A stretch of DNA of 64,000 nucleotides from Candidatus Woesearchaeota archaeon (GTDB lineage Archaea > Nanobdellota > Nanobdellia > Pacearchaeales > GW2011-AR1): NCBI GenBank assembly GCA_964363345.1, contig CAYIHY010000002.1, positions 761-64,760 on the forward strand, in the 5' to 3' direction. Numbering within the stretch: the stretch's first letter is position 1; each line of letters starts with the position of its first letter. The notes under the pieces are model-generated. The model did not search any database and had not been told where the DNA came from. It was given only the letters and a program-made list of their open reading frames with translations. Positions 17,914 to 26,339 of this stretch are shown here, piece after piece. The position numbers and the translations under genes were made by a program.

Positions 17914-19979
17914 AAATAAAGCAAATAACCTTAGAGAATATAAGAAGTTATGAATTTCAGGAAATAAATTTTGCAGAAGGTTCAACTTTGCTTTCTGGAG
18001 ATATTGGTTCAGGAAAAACTTCTGTCTTGCTTGCGATAGAATTTGCTTTATTCGGATTGCAGCCAGGTCAGAGAGGTTCTGCTTTATTGCGAAACGGAAA
18101 AAATGAGGGGAAAGTAAAAATCGTTTTTGACGTCGATGGAGAGGAAATAATTATTGAAAGAACTTTGAAAAAAGGAAAAACAATTTCGCAGGATTATTGC
18201 TCAATAGTTATTAACGGAGAGAAAAAAGAATTAGCAGTTACAGAATTGAAGGGAAAAATTTTAGAAATTCTTAGTTATCCTCAGGAATTTGCGAAAAAGC
18301 AAAATGTCCTTTATACATTTACAGTTTATACTCCTCAGGAAGAAATGAAGCAGATAATCCTTGAAGATGCAGAAACAAGAATCAATACTTTAAGACACGT
18401 TTTCGGAATAGACAAATATAAAACAATTCTGGAAAATGTTTCAATTCTCACAACAAAAATGCGTGAAGAAAAAAGAATGAAAGAAGGAATGACTGCGAAT
18501 CTGGAGCAGAATAAATTTAATTTAATAAGCAAAGAAAATGAACTGGAGGAAAAACAGCTGAATTTATTTTCAATCGAGAAAGAATTGTTTGAGAGAACAG
18601 AAATAAGAAAAAAAATCAAGCAGGAAAAAGACGAAGTTGCAGTAAAAATTGAGGAGAGGAATAAATTCCTGCAGGAAATTGAGAAAACAAAAATAATGAT
18701 TGCAAATAAAAATGAAACCATTTTTTCAAACAACCGAACAATTCTTCAGATAAAAAATCAGATTGCTGAACTTCAGAATATGCAATTTGATGAATCAATG
18801 ATAAAGGGAATTGAGGAAAAAATATCCTTAAATAAAATAGAAGAAAGCAAATTGAATAAAACAAATTTGGATATTAACTCCAAAATAAATTCTTTTTTAT
18901 TAAAATCTGAAGAAAGCAAAAGAATAGAAAAGAAAATTTCAAGTTTGGAAATCTGCCCGACTTGTTTGCAGAATGTCGACGCAGTTTACAAAGCAAATGT
19001 TCTTAATAAAATTCACACTGATGATGTTGAAGCAACTAAAGAAATACAATCTCTTGAAATTGAAAAAAATAAGGTTGATGAACAGCTGAAAAAAATTAGG
19101 TCAGAGATATTTTCTTCAGAAAGACAGCTCACAGATTTGAAAATTCTTCGAATGAAACTTCAGGATATAAGAGAAAAACAAAATCAGATTATGGAAATTG
19201 AAAAATCAAATATTCTTCTTGACAAGGATATTGAAATGTTAAAACAACATGTGGATTTGCTTGCAGATTCTGCTCTTAACCTCGCTAAATTTGTTAACTC
19301 ACTGGAAATAAAACAGAAAGAACTTGATGATGCATTGAGACAGGAGAGAATTGCAGATATAAAAGTTGCTGAGCTGAAAAAAGAAATTGAAGTTTTTTCA
19401 AGGCAGATATCAGAATTGAAAACCGAAATAGAAAGATCAGAAAAAATAAAACTTGAATTAAATTACATAAACGAACTGGAAAATTGGCTGTCAAAGCAAT
19501 TTTCTTCCCTTATTTCTCTTATTGAAAAAAATGTTATGATAAAACTTAAAACAGAATTTTCAAAACTTTTTGCGGAGTGGTTTTATACTTTAGTTTCCGA
19601 CACTTTCAGAGTTCGCTTGAGTGATGATTTCACTCCAATAGTTGAACAGCAGGATTATGAAATAGATTATGCATATCTTTCTGGAGGAGAGAGAACTGCA
19701 ATTGCATTAGCTTATCGTTTGGCTTTAAATCAGGTTATAAATTCCCTGCTTAGCAAAATTAAAACTCGCGATTTGGTAATCCTCGACGAGCCGACTGATG
19801 GATTCAGTGACCAGCAGCTTGACAAAATGCGCGATGTTCTCCAGCAATTGAATATAAAACAGCTGATAATCGTGAGTCACGAGCAGAAAATTGAAGGCTT
19901 CGTTGAAAACGTAATCAAATTCAAAAAAGAAAACGGGATAACAAAAGTATCTTCTGCCGCAGAAAATAATCTATTATAA
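17910..19979 (+). CDS. rad50: DNA double-strand break repair ATPase Rad50 (short coiled coil)
   Basis: 689 aa. Walker A GDIGSGKTS, central CPTC zinc hook, signature LSGGERTAIALA, Walker B LVILDEPTDG, and a long K/E-rich coiled coil. Confidence 0.85.
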   Translation: MKIKQITLENIRSYEFQEINFAEGSTLLSGDIGSGKTSVLLAIEFALFGLQPGQRGSALLRNGKNEGKVKIVFDVDGEEIIIERTLKKGKTISQDYCSIVINGEKKELAVTELKGKILEILSYPQEFAKKQNVLYTFTVYTPQEEMKQIILEDAETRINTLRHVFGIDKYKTILENVSILTTKMREEKRMKEGMTANLEQNKFNLISKENELEEKQLNLFSIEKELFERTEIRKKIKQEKDEVAVKIEERNKFLQEIEKTKIMIANKNETIFSNNRTILQIKNQIAELQNMQFDESMIKGIEEKISLNKIEESKLNKTNLDINSKINSFLLKSEESKRIEKKISSLEICPTCLQNVDAVYKANVLNKIHTDDVEATKEIQSLEIEKNKVDEQLKKIRSEIFSSERQLTDLKILRMKLQDIREKQNQIMEIEKSNILLDKDIEMLKQHVDLLADSALNLAKFVNSLEIKQKELDDALRQERIADIKVAELKKEIEVFSRQISELKTEIERSEKIKLELNYINELENWLSKQFSSLISLIEKNVMIKLKTEFSKLFAEWFYTLVSDTFRVRLSDDFTPIVEQQDYEIDYAYLSGGERTAIALAYRLALNQVINSLLSKIKTRDLVILDEPTDGFSDQQLDKMRDVLQQLNIKQLIIVSHEQKIEGFVENVIKFKKENGITKVSSAAENNLL

Positions 19980-20026
19980 GATAAAAGAAAGCCGATTTAA
20001 TTCTTACCCTTAATTACCGCTTATCT

Positions 20027-20084
20027 TAGTGTAAATAATACATATACTTCAATCCCATAATCTTTATATAGTGTAGATTATACA
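20027..20084 (+). promoter_or_regulatory. Two copies of a 16-bp imperfect palindrome (candidate operator) plus a TATA-like box upstream of the NAD operon
   Basis: TAGTGTAAATAATACA (20027..20042) and TAGTGTAGATTATACA (20069..20084), each containing TGTA-N5-TACA, start 42 bp apart. The second abuts and overlaps TTTATATA (20063..20070), ~48 nt upstream of the pncB ATG. Confidence 0.3.
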
Positions 20085-20114
20085 ATAAGTTATAGTAAGT
20101 TAAACACAAACAAA

Positions 20115-21473
20115 ATGAAAACACAAACCAAAGAAATTGAGAACAGAACGATGTTAACTGACCTTTATCAATTAACTATGAACGCAGGTTATTTTGCTAG
20201 AGATAAAAATGATAACGCTACATTTGACTTGTTTATAAGAAAGCTTCCTCAGGACTGGGGATTTTTTATAGCAAATGGTATAGAAGATGCAATAGACTAC
20301 GCTACAAATATTGGATTTAGCGAAGATGATTTAGAGTATCTTAGAGAGCAAGGACTTTTTGAAGAAGATTATTTAACTAAGTTAAAAGATTTTAAATTTA
20401 CTGGAGAAATTTATGCAGTTAAAGAGGGAACTCCTATTGCTCCAAACACCCCCATGTTAAGAATCACTGGGCCAAGAATGGAGGCTCAATTATTAGAAAC
20501 AATGCTTCTCAATACAATAAATTTTCAAACAATGGTTGCAACAAAAGCAAATCGGGTTGTTCAATCTGCAGGAGATGCAAACGTTGTTGATTTTGGGTTA
20601 AGAAGAGGACAAGAAAAAGATGCAGCCTTAAAGGGAGCAAGAGCAGCATTTATTGGGGGAGCAGTTGCAACAAGCAATGTCTTAGCAGGGAAAGAGTATA
20701 ATATTCCAATAACTGGAACACAAGCCCATAGTTTTGTGATGAGTTTTCTAAATGAATTAGAAGCGTTTAGGACGTATTCCCAAGTTTTCCCAAATAACTC
20801 AACTCTTTTGATTGACACTTATGATACAATACAAGGAGCGAAAAATGCCGCGATAATAGGAAAAGAATTAGAGGTACAAGGAAAAAAATTAAAAGCAGTA
20901 AGACTCGATTCTGGAGACCTTGCAGAATTATCAAAACAAGTTAGAGAAATTTTAGATCAAGCAAATTTACATTATGTTAAGATTTTAGCAAGTAATGATT
21001 TGAATGAATATAAGATTACAGAATTAAGAAAAAATGGAGCAAAGATAGATGGCTATGGTGTTGGAACAGAGTTAATTACCGCTAAACCCGTTTCTGCGAT
21101 CTCCGGAGTTTACAAACTTGTAGAAGATGAAAACGGAGCAAAAATAAAATTATCTTCAGGAAAACAAACCTATCCTGGAAAAAAACAAGTTTACAGAATT
21201 CTCGAAGAAGATGGGACCTATGAAAAAGATATCTTAGCATTAGAAAGCGAAAATGTTCCTGGAATTCCTCTGCTTGAACAAGTAGTTGAAAATGGGAAGA
21301 GAGTTACCCCAAGAAGAGAACTTAAGGAAATAAGAAAATATTGTTTAGAACAGATGACAAAAATGCCAGAACATGCTAAACGATTAGTTGCTAATCCTTA
21401 TGAAATGTGCATCAGCGATGGACTAACAAATTTAGTTAACAGACTAATTAAAAACTATGGAGGAACACAATGA
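20115..21473 (+). CDS. pncB: Nicotinate phosphoribosyltransferase
   Basis: 452 aa. N-terminus LTDLYQLTMNAGYF, followed by DFGLRRGQ and GTQAHSFVMSF, typical of the ~450-490-aa PncB family. Confidence 0.85.
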   Translation: MKTQTKEIENRTMLTDLYQLTMNAGYFARDKNDNATFDLFIRKLPQDWGFFIANGIEDAIDYATNIGFSEDDLEYLREQGLFEEDYLTKLKDFKFTGEIYAVKEGTPIAPNTPMLRITGPRMEAQLLETMLLNTINFQTMVATKANRVVQSAGDANVVDFGLRRGQEKDAALKGARAAFIGGAVATSNVLAGKEYNIPITGTQAHSFVMSFLNELEAFRTYSQVFPNNSTLLIDTYDTIQGAKNAAIIGKELEVQGKKLKAVRLDSGDLAELSKQVREILDQANLHYVKILASNDLNEYKITELRKNGAKIDGYGVGTELITAKPVSAISGVYKLVEDENGAKIKLSSGKQTYPGKKQVYRILEEDGTYEKDILALESENVPGIPLLEQVVENGKRVTPRRELKEIRKYCLEQMTKMPEHAKRLVANPYEMCISDGLTNLVNRLIKNYGGTQ

Positions 21474-22042
21474 GAATATTTTATGATGTAGACACTCAAA
21501 ATGATTTTATGAACAAAACTGGAGCATTATATGTTCCAAATGCAGAATTAATAAAACCAAATCTTAAGTTATTGACCGATTTTGCCAGAAAAAATAAAAT
21601 TTTAATAATTGGAAGTGTAGACAGACATTTTGGAACAGAAGAGTACAAAGAAAGAGAAGGAGAATTAGCTAAATGGGGAGGACCTTTTCCTGACCATTGT
21701 ATGAATGGAACTTTTGGGCAAGAAAAAATATTAGAAACAAACCAGGAAAATTATCAAAACTTATTTTTTGAAAAACAAAGTTATGATGTTTTTACAAATC
21801 CCACGATAAGTGCTTTCTTGAAAGAATCAAAAATAAAAGAATCAATTGTTTACGGAGTTGCAACAGATTATTGTGTGAAGGCAGCAGTTTTAGGAATGCA
21901 ACAAAAAGGAATTCAATGTTATGTTATAGAAGATGCAATCAAGGGAGTTTTTCCCCAATCAACTAAATCCGCACTTGAAGAAATGATAAGTTCTGGAGCA
22001 AGACTTGTTACAACTAAAGAAATAATAGAGGGAAAAATATGA
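21470..22042 (+). CDS. pncA: Nicotinamidase (isochorismatase-fold hydrolase)
   Basis: 190 aa. Contains DTQNDF (catalytic Asp region) and GVATDYCVKAAV (catalytic Cys). Overlaps both neighbours by ATGA. Confidence 0.75.
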   Translation: MRIFYDVDTQNDFMNKTGALYVPNAELIKPNLKLLTDFARKNKILIIGSVDRHFGTEEYKEREGELAKWGGPFPDHCMNGTFGQEKILETNQENYQNLFFEKQSYDVFTNPTISAFLKESKIKESIVYGVATDYCVKAAVLGMQQKGIQCYVIEDAIKGVFPQSTKSALEEMISSGARLVTTKEIIEGKI

Positions 22043-22911
22043 AAATACAAACTTTCAATATAATCGCAGGAAATACAAATTGTAATGCTTCTTGTCCTTT
22101 CTGTATATCTAAAATGACTCCAAAAGAAAATATGAATTCAAAACTTCATGAAACTAATTGGATTAATTTTAGGAAAGCATGTCAACTTGCAAAAGATAAT
22201 CATGTTAGTACTGTTTTAATAACTGGAAAAGGAGAGCCATTACTTTATCCAAACCAAATAACAAGTTTCTTAGATAATTTAGAACAATATCAATTTCCAA
22301 TTATCGAATTACAAACCAATGCACTTGTAATTGGAAGGAACTTTAATAAATACAAAAAAATTTTGAAGCTTTGGAAAGAAAAAGGATTAAACACTTTTGT
22401 TATTTCAATAGTTCATTATGAAGATAATAAGAATAAAGAAATCTATTCCCAAAATAAAGATTATTTTAAATTAGCAGAACTAATAAAAAAATTGCATATT
22501 TTAGGATTTTCCATAAGACTTAATTGTATTCTTGTAAAAAATTATATTGATTCGTTGGAAAAAGTTAAGCAATTGGTGGACTTTTGTTTAAAAAATGATG
22601 TTGAACAGCTAACTCTGAAACCAGTAGAATTTGTGAAAAATGCCAAAGATAAAAGTATCCTTGATTGGGCAAGAAAAAGATTAATCTCTAAAAAGAATCA
22701 AAAAAATATTCAAAATTTTATGGAGAAGAATGGGGTAAGATTAAGGACCCTTGATTTTGGGGGAGTTGTTTATGATTATAATGGACAAAATGTTTGTATA
22801 ACCGATTGTTTGTCAAACAAACCATTTTCAGAAGATTTAAGACAGCTTATTTTTTTTCCCGACGGACATTTAAGATATGATTGGAGATATAAGGGGGCAA
22901 TTTTAGTATGA
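22039..22911 (+). CDS. Radical SAM domain protein of unknown function
   Basis: 290 aa. CNASCPFC (CX3CX2C) lies near the N-terminus, followed by ITGKGEPLL (a GGEP-like SAM-binding motif). No SPASM-type C-terminal Cys cluster. Confidence 0.75.
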   Translation: MKIQTFNIIAGNTNCNASCPFCISKMTPKENMNSKLHETNWINFRKACQLAKDNHVSTVLITGKGEPLLYPNQITSFLDNLEQYQFPIIELQTNALVIGRNFNKYKKILKLWKEKGLNTFVISIVHYEDNKNKEIYSQNKDYFKLAELIKKLHILGFSIRLNCILVKNYIDSLEKVKQLVDFCLKNDVEQLTLKPVEFVKNAKDKSILDWARKRLISKKNQKNIQNFMEKNGVRLRTLDFGGVVYDYNGQNVCITDCLSNKPFSEDLRQLIFFPDGHLRYDWRYKGAILV

Positions 22912-23821
22912 AATCAATAAGACTTGCACGAATGAGCCCCGAACAGGTATCCCAAGAAATTGGAGATTTTATTATAAAAGAAATAATTGATGAAGGAATA
23001 ACAGGCGGAGTTGTCGGCTTGTCCGGGGAGTTGATTCTACTGTTGTTGCCGCTTTAACAAAAAGAGCATTTGATAAATATAACTTAACAAACGAAAAAAA
23101 ATTAGAAGTTGTAGGATATCTCCTTCCATCCAAGTTAAATCCTTTGGAGGATAGTTTAGATGGAGAGAAAGTCGCAAAGAGATTGGGAATAAGATATGAA
23201 ATTGTTAACATCGAAAAATTAGTTCAGGCATCTCGGACAACAAATCCGGAAGTTTTCGAAAATGGAAATGAATATGACAAAGGAAATATGATATCTAGAA
23301 TAAGAGCTGTAGTTTTGAATACCAAAGCCTCGAGCGAGAATAAAATAGTAATCGGAACAGGAAATAGAGATGAAGACTTCGCACTTGGATTTTACACTTT
23401 ATTTGGGGATGGAGCAGTAAGAGTTTCCCCCTTAGGAATGATTCCAAAAAGATTAGTAAGAGAACTGGCTCGCTATTTAAATTTCGAGGATTTAGCAGAA
23501 AGAATTTCAAGCCCGGGCCTTGAGCCAGGACAAACTTCTTTCGGAACTTTAGGATATAATTTTGAAACTGCAGAGATAATAGTTGAAGGTCTAAAAAATA
23601 ATTTATCTATCTCCCAATTATGCAAATATCCTCAGATTAAAACTGCGGTACAGGTAGATATCGCAGATTATAAAAAATTATTCAAAGATAATAAATTCTG
23701 CACAATTGAAGAAGTTATCAAAGATATTATAAAGAGAAAAAATATCGCAGAAGGCAAAAGCAGAATAGTTCATCCGCCGGCAGCAGAAATAACATTAAAT
23801 TATTCTTTGGAGAAAAAATGA
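22908..23821 (+). pseudogene. nadE: NH3-dependent NAD+ synthetase, reading frame broken by a 1-nt frameshift in a G4 run
   Basis: The frame starting at 22908 gives MKSIRLARMSPEQVSQEIGDFIIKEIIDEGITGGVVGLSGELILLLLPL* (stop at 23055..23057). Shifting one base back at GGGG (23025..23028) gives ...GLSGGVDSTVVAALTKRAF..., restoring the SGGxDS PP-loop, and continues into the track ORF 23144..23821 (GTGNRDEDFALGFYTLFGDG). Confidence 0.75.
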
Positions 23822-24384
23822 AAATCGCATTATTTGGGGGAAGTTTTAATCCGATTCATAATGGGCATATAAATATTGCAGATGAGTTGATAAACCAAAA
23901 GATAGTTGATGAAGTCTGGTTTATTCCCTGCGGAAATCATGCCTTTAATAAAGAACTATCTGACGGAGAAACTAGAATTAATCTTATTAATTTAGCCATT
24001 GAAAATAATCCGAAGTTTAAAATTATTGATTTGGAATTAATGTCTAAAGAAAAAAGTTATACTTCCGAGACTATTAAAATATTGAAAAATTTTTTTCCAT
24101 CTCATAAATTTTATTTTATAATCGGGGCAGATAATTTGGAAAATCTTGGAAAATGGCACAATATTGAATACTTAGAGAAAAATATTGAATTTATTCTTAT
24201 AAATCGGCCGGGTTTTGGATTGTTAAAAAATTCAAAAATAAAAATAAAATACAGATTAGATTTAAAACATAAGACTTCTTCAAGCCTGATTAGAGAAAAT
24301 TTGAAAAAAGGAATCTCCATTAAAAAACTTCTTCCAGAAAAAGTTGAACATTACATAAAACAGGAGAGATTATATTGTGGCTAA
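23818..24384 (+). CDS. nadD: Nicotinate-nucleotide adenylyltransferase, bacterial NadD type
   Basis: 188 aa. Contains GGSFNPIHNGH (HxGH motif) and the C-terminal KTSSSLIRE (ISSTxxR-like). This is NadD architecture rather than archaeal NadM. Confidence 0.85.
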   Translation: MKIALFGGSFNPIHNGHINIADELINQKIVDEVWFIPCGNHAFNKELSDGETRINLINLAIENNPKFKIIDLELMSKEKSYTSETIKILKNFFPSHKFYFIIGADNLENLGKWHNIEYLEKNIEFILINRPGFGLLKNSKIKIKYRLDLKHKTSSSLIRENLKKGISIKKLLPEKVEHYIKQERLYCG

Positions 24385-24784
24385 ATATTTGAATCCTGCA
24401 AGCACAGTTGATTTAATTGTTCGTTGCGAAAAAGGAATTGTTCTAATTAAAAGAAAAAAAGAACCGTTCAAAAACTATTGGGCTTTGCCTGGCGGATTTT
24501 TAGAAAATGGGAAAGAAACCTTAGAAGAAGCCGCATCCAGAGAATTATTTGAAGAAACAAATTTAATAGTTAAGTCAGATGAGTTAAAATTAGTTGGAGT
24601 TTATTCTGATCCAAAAAGAGATCCCCGAGGCCATGTTATTTCTCACGTCTATGAAGCAAGAAATTATTCTGGAGAATTAAAAGCAAAAGATGATGCTCAA
24701 GATATAAAAATATTCAGAGTGCTTCCAAAAAACCTTGCATTTGATCATAGAAAAATATTAGAGGATCATTTTACTAAAAAATAA
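24377..24784 (+). CDS. Nudix hydrolase (ADP-ribose pyrophosphatase-like)
   Basis: 135 aa. Intact Nudix box GGFLENGKETLEEAASRELFEETNL. Confidence 0.8.
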   Translation: MAKYLNPASTVDLIVRCEKGIVLIKRKKEPFKNYWALPGGFLENGKETLEEAASRELFEETNLIVKSDELKLVGVYSDPKRDPRGHVISHVYEARNYSGELKAKDDAQDIKIFRVLPKNLAFDHRKILEDHFTKK

Positions 24785-24785
24785 A

Positions 24786-25556
24786 ATGTTTAAAAAAATA
24801 GCAATTTTATTTAAGAAAAATTTACAAGTTGAAGAAAGAATTATCGATAAAATCAAAGAAATATTTAATGACTCTGAAATAAAAATTATTTTATTTGACG
24901 AATTTGAAAAAAATCATGCAAAAAATCATGATCTTTTAATTACTCTTGGGGGAGATGGAACATTTGTGAAGGCAGCAAATTTAACAGACTCTTTAATTTT
25001 AGGAATAAATTCAAATCCAGAAAACAGCGAAGGGGCTCTAACTTCAATAACAGTTAACGAAATTAATAAGCTTGAAAGATTAAAAGAAAAAAATTTTGAA
25101 ATAATAGAACGTCAAAGAATAGAAGTTAAACTAAATGGTAACATTTTAGATGAAAAGGCAATAAATGAAGTGTATGTTGGAACATTATCTCAATTCCATA
25201 TTTCAAGATACAAAATAAAATTCAAAGAGAAAGAAGAGGAACAAAGAAGTTCAGGAATAATAATTTCGACTGGAACTGGTTCTAATGCCTGGTTTTTATC
25301 CGCAGGAGGCAAACCATTTGGTTACTCCGAGAAAAAAATTTGTTTTATTATACGAGAACCATATTTTGGGAAAAGAATTTTTATCCCTAAACTGTTAAAT
25401 GGGGAAATTTTTGAAGACGAGGCATTAGAAATTGAATCTGTCCGAGATTTTGGCGGAATAATTGCAGTCAATGAAGTGATTTATAATTTTAATAAGGGGG
25501 ACAGGGTAGAGATTAAACTTTCTAAAAAGCCGTTAAAAGTAATAAGACTCAATTAA
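24786..25556 (+). CDS. nadK: NAD kinase
   Basis: 256 aa. GGDGT motif (LITLGGDGTFVKA) and IISTGTGSNAW (equivalent to the STPTGSTAY block). Confidence 0.75.
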   Translation: MFKKIAILFKKNLQVEERIIDKIKEIFNDSEIKIILFDEFEKNHAKNHDLLITLGGDGTFVKAANLTDSLILGINSNPENSEGALTSITVNEINKLERLKEKNFEIIERQRIEVKLNGNILDEKAINEVYVGTLSQFHISRYKIKFKEKEEEQRSSGIIISTGTGSNAWFLSAGGKPFGYSEKKICFIIREPYFGKRIFIPKLLNGEIFEDEALEIESVRDFGGIIAVNEVIYNFNKGDRVEIKLSKKPLKVIRLN

Positions 25557-25593
25557 AATAAACTTTTAAATATCTTATTGTTTTACTAACACT

Positions 25594-26268
25594 ATGAAAG
25601 AAGAGAATATACATAATTTTTCTAAACCATCTGTTACTGTAGATATGGTTATCTATACAATTCAAGAGAATGATTTAAAGATATTATTAGTTAAAAGAGG
25701 TATTGAACCATTTAAAGATAAATGGGCTTTGCCTGGCGGATTTGTTAGGATAAATGAATCATTAGAAGATGCTGCGAAAAGAGAACTTCAAGAAGAAACA
25801 GGAGTTAAGGATGTTTATTTAGAGCAACTTTATAGTTTTGGAGAGCCGGGAAGAGACCCTCGGGGGAGAGTTATCACAATTGCTTATATTGCTCTTGTCA
25901 ACTCGGAAAATGTGGTATTAAAATCAACAACAGACGTTTCTGAAGCTCAGTGGTTTTCAATTAAAAAAATTCCTTTGCTTGCATTTGATCACAAAAAAAT
26001 TTTAGATTATTCATTAAAAAGATTAAAGTGGAAATTTGAATATACAACAGTTGCATTTTCTATGCTCCCAAAAAAATTTGCAATAAGTCAAATGCAAAAA
26101 ATTTATGAAATAGTCTTCAGCAAAAAATTTGACAAAAGGAATTTTGCCAAAAAGATACTGTCCTTGGATATCTTAAAAGAAGAGGGAATTAAGAAAGATG
26201 TTTCTTATCGCCCCCCAATGTTGTACTCTTTAAAAAAGAATATTGGAGAGATTATAGAAATTTTATAA
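25594..26268 (+). CDS. nrtR: NrtR-like Nudix-related transcriptional regulator (Nudix domain + C-terminal winged helix)
   Basis: 224 aa. N-terminus VTVDMVIYT...KWALPGGFVRINESLEDAAKRELQEETGV (complete Nudix box). The C-terminus AFDHKKILDYSLKRLKWKFEYTTVAFSMLPKKFAISQMQKIYEIVFSKKFDKRNFAKKILSL matches the NrtR DNA-binding domain pattern as I recall it. Confidence 0.7.
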   Translation: MKEENIHNFSKPSVTVDMVIYTIQENDLKILLVKRGIEPFKDKWALPGGFVRINESLEDAAKRELQEETGVKDVYLEQLYSFGEPGRDPRGRVITIAYIALVNSENVVLKSTTDVSEAQWFSIKKIPLLAFDHKKILDYSLKRLKWKFEYTTVAFSMLPKKFAISQMQKIYEIVFSKKFDKRNFAKKILSLDILKEEGIKKDVSYRPPMLYSLKKNIGEIIEIL

Positions 26269-26339
26269 ACTTCATAATTTTCTATTACACATAAAATTTA
26301 TAAACCTCGCTTTCCCCTATATTTTACGGAAATTATTCT

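Noticed and set aside
22972-23211. 79-aa minus-strand ORF spanning the apparent gap between the radical SAM gene and the annotated nadE fragment
   Set aside because: The plus strand here encodes the N-terminal part of NadE (SGGVDS PP-loop) once the 1-nt frameshift is taken into account. The minus-strand ORF is a shadow.
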